DNA of 64,000 bases from Flavipsychrobacter sp. Lineage in GTDB: Bacteria; Bacteroidota; Bacteroidia; Chitinophagales; Chitinophagaceae. Of this stretch, positions 57,412 to 64,000 are shown piece after piece. The notes beneath the pieces were generated by a model. It saw nothing but the letters and a program-made list of their open reading frames with translations. It was not told the DNA's origin and did not search any database. The DNA lies in NCBI GenBank assembly GCA_965276955.1, contig CBDIBP010000043.1, positions 60,646 to 124,645 of the forward strand, written 5' to 3'. Made by a program: the position numbers and the translations under genes. The first letter of the stretch is position 1, and each line of letters begins with the position of its first letter.

Positions 57412-59283
57412 ATGAAACAACGACCATCGTCAGGAGGCAATAAAGGTTCTTATAGATCATTCAGGGAAACCGGGAGCGGAGGCGCAGGAAAACGACCGGC
57501 ATCATCTGGCCGCCCGGCATCTAAAGACAGGCCTTTTGCAAAAGATAGTGAAGGGCGTAAACCAGCCGACAAAGAAAGCCGTTTTAAAAAAGAAGAGGGC
57601 AAACCATACAGGCCAAAACCTGCTGATGGTACAAGTGACAGACCAAAAAGAGACTTTGGTGGAAAAGCGGTCCCAAGGGATGGGGCGCGCAAACCATTTG
57701 AAAAGGGTGAGCGTTTTAATAAAGAAGAAAAACCATATAGAGCAAGACCAGAAGGGGCTGGCGACAGGACCGAACGCCCGAAAAGAGAGTATGGAGGCAA
57801 GCCGGACGCAAGAGGTGGCGAGCGCAAGCCTTTTGAAAAAAGCGGTAGTTATAATAAAGAAGAAAGACCATCTCGCCCAAGGCCTGATGGCGGCACAGGA
57901 GACAGGAACGAAAGGCCGAAAAGAGAATATGGTGGAAAGGCTGAGGCAAGAGGTGCTGAGCGCAAGCCTTTTGAGAAAAGCGGTAGTTATAATAAAGAAG
58001 AAAGACCATCTCGCCCAAGGCCTGATGGCGGCACAGGAGACAGGAACGAAAGGCCAAAAAGAGAATATGGTGGTAAGGCCGAGGCAAGGGGTGCTGAGCG
58101 CAAGCCATTTGAAAAGGCTGGCCGTTTTAATAAAGAGGGTAAGGCTGGTGATAGTGAAAGACCAGCACGCAAGCACGATGGCGCTGGTAGTGATAAACCT
58201 CCTTTTGGTAAGAAGCCGTCAAAATTCAAGACCACGTCTAAGCGTGATGTAGGTAAAGGGCCTAAAACACCACATAAGTTTGATGACGAAAAAGCGCCAC
58301 AGGACCCTAAAAAGGGAAGTTTTGCCCGCTCATTCGATTACCACGACAGGCCAAAATTTGATGGCCCTAAAAAGGAGCGTAGAGAAGAAGAGGTAGAAGA
58401 AGAAAAGCCAAAGACCGCTTTTAAAACACCACATAAATTCAAGAAACCTGGCGAAGAAAAACCAGCCCCAACCCAGGCTCCCAGTACCCATACCGCAAGC
58501 GGCAAACCCAAAAGGAAGCCAAAGTGGGCCGATGAGGACGATGAAGAGGATATGGAAGATGAAGGGGAGAACAAGCAAATGACCCTGAACAAGTACATAG
58601 CCCATAGTGGTGAATGTGGCCGCAGGGAAGCAGCTGAACTGGTGAAACAAGGCAAAGTGAAAGTGAACGGTGAGCTGGTCACAGACCCGGGCTACCGTGT
58701 GCAGGATACAGACAAGGTGACCATGGTAGGTAAAAAACTGACCCCCGTAAAAGACCTTACATACATACTGCTGAACAAGCCTAAGGGATTTATCACTACA
58801 ACAGAAGATCCGCAGGAGCGCAAGACCGTAATGGACCTTGTTGATAATGCGGGCGTAGAGCGTTTGTACCCTGTAGGCAGGCTGGATAGGAATACATCGG
58901 GTTTGCTGCTGCTCACTAATGATGGCGACCTAGCACAAAAACTATCTCATCCTGGTTATGCTATTAAAAAAGTATATCAGGTAACCCTTGATAAGAATGT
59001 GACCAAAGTCGATTTTGAGAAAATAGTATCTGGTATAGAGCTTGAGGACGGTATAGCTGTTGTAGATGAGATAGCTTACCTGGAAAACAAGAATGAGATA
59101 GGCCTGGAGATACATAGCGGTCGCAACCGTATAGTGCGTCGCATTTTTGAATCCATGGGATATGTAGTAGAAAAGCTGGACAGGGTAATGTATGCTGGAC
59201 TAACAAAGAAAAACCTGCCTCGTGGCAAGTGGCGGTTACTTACCGATCAGGAGATAGTACACATCAAGCATTTTAAGAGCTAA
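57412..59283 (+). CDS. RluB/RsuA-family pseudouridine synthase with S4 domain and a ~380-aa basic repetitive N-terminal extension
   Basis: C-terminal 240 aa: S4 (MTLNKYIAHSGECGRREAAELVKQGKVKVNG) plus catalytic YPVGRLDRNTSGLLLLTNDG. The N-terminal part is K/R/E/P-rich with 46-aa tandem repeats. Confidence 0.85.
   Translation: MKQRPSSGGNKGSYRSFRETGSGGAGKRPASSGRPASKDRPFAKDSEGRKPADKESRFKKEEGKPYRPKPADGTSDRPKRDFGGKAVPRDGARKPFEKGERFNKEEKPYRARPEGAGDRTERPKREYGGKPDARGGERKPFEKSGSYNKEERPSRPRPDGGTGDRNERPKREYGGKAEARGAERKPFEKSGSYNKEERPSRPRPDGGTGDRNERPKREYGGKAEARGAERKPFEKAGRFNKEGKAGDSERPARKHDGAGSDKPPFGKKPSKFKTTSKRDVGKGPKTPHKFDDEKAPQDPKKGSFARSFDYHDRPKFDGPKKERREEEVEEEKPKTAFKTPHKFKKPGEEKPAPTQAPSTHTASGKPKRKPKWADEDDEEDMEDEGENKQMTLNKYIAHSGECGRREAAELVKQGKVKVNGELVTDPGYRVQDTDKVTMVGKKLTPVKDLTYILLNKPKGFITTTEDPQERKTVMDLVDNAGVERLYPVGRLDRNTSGLLLLTNDGDLAQKLSHPGYAIKKVYQVTLDKNVTKVDFEKIVSGIELEDGIAVVDEIAYLENKNEIGLEIHSGRNRIVRRIFESMGYVVEKLDRVMYAGLTKKNLPRGKWRLLTDQEIVHIKHFKS
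57540..58185 (+). repeat. In-frame tandem repeat array (135-138-bp units) inside the pseudouridine synthase gene
   Basis: Unit starts at 57637, 57772, 57910 and 58048 (spacings 135, 138, 138 nt), with a partial degenerate copy upstream. Units 2-3 are nearly identical over >100 nt. Confidence 0.85.
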
Positions 59284-59310
59284 CAATTGCAGCATAAATA
59301 AGTAAAGTAC

Positions 59311-60468
59311 ATGTTCATTACAGCGCCACGTATACATGATGGTATGCAATGGTTGCCACCAGGCACAGTAATAGAAGTAGATGACAATGGCACTATAGCT
59401 GGCCTGCACCATATAGATAAGTACCCTGGGGCAGTGCATTATGAAGGCATAATATGCCCGGGGTTCGTAAATGCACATTGCCACTTAGAGTTGTCGCACA
59501 TGAAAGGGATGATACCGGAGCACACCGGACTCATCCCTTTTTTGCAGACCATACCCCGCCACCGGAACGACCATACAGAAGAACAAAAGAGAACAGCCAG
59601 GCAACAAGCTATGCAAGATATGCTGGCGAATGGTATAGTGGCGGTGGGCGATATTGCCAATGTGGGCGATGCACTTGATCTGCGTGCGCATGATAAAATG
59701 CATTTCTACACGTTCGTAGAGGCTATCGGTTTCTCTGATGCGAACGCACAACGCTCTTTCGACCGCTCACTGGAGATCTATAACACCTACGCAGCACAGC
59801 CTTCAGGCAATAAGATATTAAAACAGGACATAGCGCCGCATGCACCTTATTCCGTTTCAGCTACACTCTTCGGTCTTATTGGTAAACACGGTAACGGTGT
59901 GCTATCTGTACACAACCAGGAAAGCGATGCAGAAGATATGTACTACCGCCACAAAAAGGGGCCAGTGTCAGATCTGCTACATGGGTTGGGTATAGACGAT
60001 AGCTCTTTTATTGCGCCAGGTGTTTCATCTTTGACCGCATACCTGCAATGGCTGCCGCATAGCCGCCCACTGCTATTGGTACACAATACCTGCACCCCGG
60101 AAGCGGATGTGGTACTTGCCCAAAGCCTGGTACCCGAAGTGTATTGGTGCATGTGTCCGGGAGCAAATTTATATATAGAGAACAAGCTGCCTGACGTGGA
60201 TATGCTGCTGCGCAACAATGCTACACTGTGCATAGGCACAGATAGCCTGGCATCTAACCACCAACTTAATATACTGTCAGAATTACAATTGCTAAAACAA
60301 CATTATCCTGCACTGGATTGGGAATTATTGCTGCGATGGGGCACTTACAATGGTGCATGTGCCTTGCAGATGAACGATAAAATTGGGCAAATAGCAATTG
60401 GGAAAGCGCCGGGTATTATAAACATTAGTAATTTAGAGCTTGGTAACATTTCCATTATCAGCAGTTAA
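59311..60468 (+). CDS. Amidohydrolase superfamily protein (deaminase/chlorohydrolase-like)
   Basis: Metal-binding GFVNAHCHLELS (HxH) and the C-terminal CIGTDSLASN aspartate motif. Confidence 0.7.
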   Translation: MFITAPRIHDGMQWLPPGTVIEVDDNGTIAGLHHIDKYPGAVHYEGIICPGFVNAHCHLELSHMKGMIPEHTGLIPFLQTIPRHRNDHTEEQKRTARQQAMQDMLANGIVAVGDIANVGDALDLRAHDKMHFYTFVEAIGFSDANAQRSFDRSLEIYNTYAAQPSGNKILKQDIAPHAPYSVSATLFGLIGKHGNGVLSVHNQESDAEDMYYRHKKGPVSDLLHGLGIDDSSFIAPGVSSLTAYLQWLPHSRPLLLVHNTCTPEADVVLAQSLVPEVYWCMCPGANLYIENKLPDVDMLLRNNATLCIGTDSLASNHQLNILSELQLLKQHYPALDWELLLRWGTYNGACALQMNDKIGQIAIGKAPGIINISNLELGNISIISS

Positions 60469-60578
60469 CATAATAATAATGATCAATTATTGTTTCTATT
60501 AGTAATTATTGATCATTTTATTATTTAAGTTTGCCAACTTAGCATCATTACCCGGAGTAATATGAGTGTCCTATCCGC

Positions 60579-61430
60579 ATGAAAAAACGTTTGTTCACAT
60601 ATGCAGTGATATTTTTTTCTGGCCTATTTCTGGCTCTGTCTGTTGTGTATTATGCTGAATGGCGCTATGAAGAAAATATTTTAAACGTTATAACCAAAAG
60701 GGTCAATACATCTTGCAAGGGCGAGGGTTTAGCCAATAGGGTAGATACTGCAATGATGTTGGTACATCAGGTTGTAGACCCTATGAGGGACATTTATAGC
60801 CAGGGCGAATTTGAACCTATAAAAAGCCTTTTTGTATCACCTTCTTTTTTTATCTATTATTTTGGTAAAGATGCTTGCGGCGGCTATAGTTCTTTTACTG
60901 CACGGTTGCTGGGCAAAATGGATATAAATACACGGTTCGTACAGCAAAATGTGAACGGTGTGCCCGGTGGGCACATCACCCTTGTTGTAGAAGACGGGCC
61001 ACACCTGTACCTGATAGACCCAATGTTCAAATGGACATTCAGAGATACTACCGGCCATTTGAGCGATATACATGAAGTAGCGGCGAACTGGCCATATTAT
61101 TTCAGGCACAGGCCCCCCCGTTACCGCCGCACATACAACTATCAAAATGGCTGGATATACACTAACTGGGATAAATATGGCAGGTTTTCCAGGCTAATGT
61201 ATTCTGCTGGAGTAAAAGTATTCGGTGAACAAAAAATGAATAGTATTTCGCTGCGAACACACTTCCTTAATATCACAGAAGACTGTTTCTTCCTCCTTTG
61301 TTTACTCCTTGCCTGCCTGCTCATCTTCCTGATCAGGAAATACTTGAAATATATACAGATAACTAAGAAGACCTCCCCGGTCATATCTCCGGTTGACCAT
61401 TATTTAACAGACGATTTTACTGCTGTTTAA
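60579..61430 (+). CDS. Membrane-anchored protein with possible transglutaminase-like Cys-His-Asp core
   Basis: N- and C-terminal TM helices. GKDACGGYSSFTARLL ... GGHITLVV ... LYLIDP spacing resembles the transglutaminase-like cysteine peptidase core. Confidence 0.4.
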   Translation: MKKRLFTYAVIFFSGLFLALSVVYYAEWRYEENILNVITKRVNTSCKGEGLANRVDTAMMLVHQVVDPMRDIYSQGEFEPIKSLFVSPSFFIYYFGKDACGGYSSFTARLLGKMDINTRFVQQNVNGVPGGHITLVVEDGPHLYLIDPMFKWTFRDTTGHLSDIHEVAANWPYYFRHRPPRYRRTYNYQNGWIYTNWDKYGRFSRLMYSAGVKVFGEQKMNSISLRTHFLNITEDCFFLLCLLLACLLIFLIRKYLKYIQITKKTSPVISPVDHYLTDDFTAV

Positions 61431-61625
61431 CAATTACTTACGCATAAATTTATGCTAAATGTATAAATAATTGTAAAATTATTTTTTTAAGTACATATCC
61501 CTTAGTAATTTACATCTGCAATTCAAAATTAATCGATCAAATAACCAGTCGTTAACAAATGGAAAACGACCGATTAACAATTGAATGAATAGAGATATTT
61601 TTTATAAAGGATAAGAGAGATTGTT

Positions 61626-62255
61626 ATGAGAAAGATCACATGCTTCACAATAGCGCTATTCTGCTTTATCGCCAGTGCACATTCGCAAAACAATTTTGTG
61701 AGAAAGGTAGGTGTAGCACCAAGCTTCCTTACCAAGCATGGTGCATATTTTAGTATAGAAGACACACAGTCTGAACTCGGTGTGATATACCATTCCATAC
61801 TGTTCTACAACGATGGTACATTTTACATCGGTGGCAGCAGTTACGACAGCAGGATCAGTATGAATAAAAAACTCGACGAGTATAATAATCCCAGTCGTGA
61901 TGTGGCATCATTGAGTAATCAGGATGCATGGGGTAGCTATTATGTCAGCAACGATACTATTTACATGCAGCGCTTCTCTTATAGTCCTGGCAACGATTTC
62001 TCTGATAAAACAACAGGCATGATAGGTGTTATCAACAGCGATAATTCTTTCAACATGATAAAGGAAACTTGTGACTGGTGCGGTATAAATGAATATTTTG
62101 GCGCTGATGGTCATATATTCGGTAAACCAGTAGCCTATAATTTATACCCCCTTAATAGGCTCCCAGATCCCAGCTTGGCTTGGTTCAGAAAAAAACAATG
62201 GTTCACACCAGGCATTACAGATGATCAAAGAACCATTGCCACTACAGTAAGATAG
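61626..62255 (+). CDS. Hypothetical secreted protein
   Basis: Signal peptide MRKITCFTIALFCFIASAHSQ and a terminator downstream. Confidence 0.5.
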   Translation: MRKITCFTIALFCFIASAHSQNNFVRKVGVAPSFLTKHGAYFSIEDTQSELGVIYHSILFYNDGTFYIGGSSYDSRISMNKKLDEYNNPSRDVASLSNQDAWGSYYVSNDTIYMQRFSYSPGNDFSDKTTGMIGVINSDNSFNMIKETCDWCGINEYFGADGHIFGKPVAYNLYPLNRLPDPSLAWFRKKQWFTPGITDDQRTIATTVR

Positions 62256-62276
62256 ATTTTGCTACATATAGCATTT

Positions 62277-62311
62277 AAAGAAAGCGCCCCATATCTGGGC
62301 GCTTTCTTTTT
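62277..62311 (+). terminator. Rho-independent terminator
   Basis: aaagaaagcgccc-catatct-gggcgctttcttt followed by tt. Confidence 0.75.
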
Positions 62312-62550
62312 GCTTATTGCGTGCTGCAATAACTGGTTGTTAATTGTGGGTACGCTCAAAGCTTACGCAGTTGTTACTACTTGGTGTTTGTACTTTTTAT
62401 AGAGGTCAGTGGGTCATTTGGTGCCTTATTCTGCTCTCTGATAGGACATTTATCTACTTCATGAGTTCGTACTGCTACGCTCCCAAGATATGTAATGGCA
62501 ACTTCCAGGTTAGTGCATGAGGATCGTTCTTATTCTTCATCCCCACCCAA

Positions 62551-62587
62551 CTAAAATAAATAAGCCGGACAACATGCCCGGCTTATT
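62551..62587 (-). terminator. Rho-independent terminator after the desaturase gene
   Basis: aataagccgg/ccggcttatt stem (62559-62568 with 62578-62587). On the minus strand it is followed by tttattttag. Confidence 0.6.
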
Positions 62588-62607
62588 ATAAATATTTTGA
62601 CGAAAGT

Positions 62608-63678
62608 TTAGTTTCGCTGCCCCATCTTTTTAAGATGCGAAACATGAGAGCCTATTGCTGCATACATTTTTTGATGCTCTATGTACGGCACTCCAAGCTC
62701 TGCACATGCATTTTTTATGATCTTACTGATAACAGGGTAGTGTATGTGAGATATTTTGGGGAATAAGTGGTGTTCTATCTGGAAGTTAAGGCCCCCTACA
62801 CACCAGGTAATGAACTTATTTTTTGTAGCGAAATTCGCCGTTGTCTTTAACTGGTGCACTGCCCATTCATCCTCAATTTTGTTAGTAGATACAACAGCCA
62901 AAGGAAAAGATGTTTCTTCTACAGTATGTGCCAGCTGGAAAACAATGCTGAGTACAAAACCGCCAAGGCTGCCATATACCAGGTATCCTATCAGCCATGG
63001 GCCAAAGCCACACATGTATATAGGCAATGCAATGTATAACACCACATAGAGGAGTTTAAAGCCCCAAAACGTAACGTGGTCCTTTAGCTTCAGTTTTTTC
63101 AAGGGTACGGTGCCTACTTTGTTCGAGAAGTATTTTTTGTAGTCGGTGTAGAATACCCAGAATATGTACAGCAGTGAATACAAGAACCAAAAATACAGGT
63201 GCTGGTACTTATGTATCTTATAGTGTTTCTGTGTATCGCAAAGGCGTAAGAATGGTTTTGCATCTATGTCATCATCCACACCATCTATGTTGGTATACGC
63301 ATGGTGCACCACATTATGTTTCATGTTCCACATAAAGCTGCTCGCACCCAGGCAATCCAGGCTAAAGGCAGCCATGTTATTTACCCAATCACGTTTGCTA
63401 AAGCTGCCATGTGCACCATCATGCATAACGTTGAACCCAATAGCGGCAGTAAGCAATCCTAATAAGCCGCATTCTGGTATAGCTATCCAGGCAAGTGGCG
63501 TAAAAAATATAAGGTGTATATATACAAATGTATAGGACGATAATAAAATAGCTGCTTTCCAATACAACTTATTATTACCGGTAGCCGATATGTCGGCTGT
63601 TTGAAAATAATGGTTCACCCGTTTCTTTAGCTCGGTATGTACTGACGCTGTTGAGGAACTGAATTTTGGAGTAGCCAT
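62608..63678 (-). CDS. Membrane fatty-acid desaturase with a Q-type third histidine box
   Basis: His boxes HDGAHG, HNVVHH and QIEHHLFP, with four or more TM segments. 356 aa. Confidence 0.8.
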   Translation of the reverse strand: MATPKFSSSTASVHTELKKRVNHYFQTADISATGNNKLYWKAAILLSSYTFVYIHLIFFTPLAWIAIPECGLLGLLTAAIGFNVMHDGAHGSFSKRDWVNNMAAFSLDCLGASSFMWNMKHNVVHHAYTNIDGVDDDIDAKPFLRLCDTQKHYKIHKYQHLYFWFLYSLLYIFWVFYTDYKKYFSNKVGTVPLKKLKLKDHVTFWGFKLLYVVLYIALPIYMCGFGPWLIGYLVYGSLGGFVLSIVFQLAHTVEETSFPLAVVSTNKIEDEWAVHQLKTTANFATKNKFITWCVGGLNFQIEHHLFPKISHIHYPVISKIIKNACAELGVPYIEHQKMYAAIGSHVSHLKKMGQRN

Positions 63679-63869
63679 GATATTGATATTGCCAAGATAA
63701 TTTTAAGCAGTCACTATATACTGCCTGCCAATGGCGGCATATTAATGTCGCGCCATTGAGGCGCAAATATCAAACAATTTAGAGGATACGCAAAATTACA
63801 TTTGTAATTTGTTTGCCATTTAATGCTTAATTTCTTGTTAACAGCAACAAAATGCACCAGCATCTCCTG

Positions 63870-64000
63870 TCACATTTGCTCTACTGTTCCATCGGCAAAA
63901 ATATGGTACTGGTGCACATACAGGTCCTTCCCAAAAAAGGACGTCATTTCGTAGGTGATGATCACATCTGTGGTACCAATGGGCTTGCTGCTGGTACCAC
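63870..64000 (-). CDS. 3' end of an unidentified gene (5' part outside window)
   Basis: The minus-strand frame reads ...GTSSKPIGTTDVIITYEMTSFFGKDLYVHQYHIFADGTVEQM then a stop (plus-strand tca at 63870-63872). Only 43 codons are visible, so it is not in the ORF track. Confidence 0.3.
   Translation of the reverse strand, partial: GTSSKPIGTTDVIITYEMTSFFGKDLYVHQYHIFADGTVEQM

Overview
This is a 64-kb chromosomal window from a Bacteroidota genome, probably Chitinophagia/Sphingobacteriia-like. That placement is my inference from type-A and type-B T9SS sorting domains, a PorP/SprF gene and TAnnTTTG -7 promoter boxes; it is not a database hit. I count roughly 58 protein genes and one tRNA-Gly(CCC). 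I found no rRNA, CRISPR array, transposase or integrase.

The backbone is housekeeping: pdxJ, rpiB, tatC, tatA, priA, folA-thyA, clpX, icmF, an rluB-like gene and an M16 peptidase. Envelope and accessory modules are interleaved with it:
- a 1752-aa SprB-like PKD adhesin with its own PorP/SprF;
- an ECF sigma factor with an anti-sigma/trypsin fusion;
- an SPFH-GYF gene paired with a double Tim44/zinc-ribbon gene;
- an srsABC-like type III PKS operon flanked by two atypical signalling proteins;
- a pair of Tat-signal ferritin-like proteins next to tatA;
- tandem outer-membrane barrels with His-rich tails.

Most worth a second look:
1. An exact 29-nt duplication of the tRNA-Gly 3' end brackets a 1.1-kb AT-rich islet. 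The islet carries one orphan 4-TM gene and no integrase.
2. clpX is readable only across seven frame hops, all in the insertion direction (8 extra nt in about 420 bp). icmF is broken by two single-nt deletions. Every other large ORF is intact, so this is either localised assembly error or recent pseudogenisation.
3. The type III PKS operon sits between a PAS protein that ends in a DHp-only histidine module and a response regulator with a degenerate receiver.
4. The SPFH-GYF / Tim44-zinc-ribbon membrane pair.
5. The His-rich C-terminal extensions on two tandem OMP paralogues.
6. A 470-nt structured, repeat-bearing leader lies upstream of icmF.

I did not recognise a canonical defence, toxin-antitoxin or mobile system. 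All functional calls rest on motifs read by eye and need profile searches to confirm.
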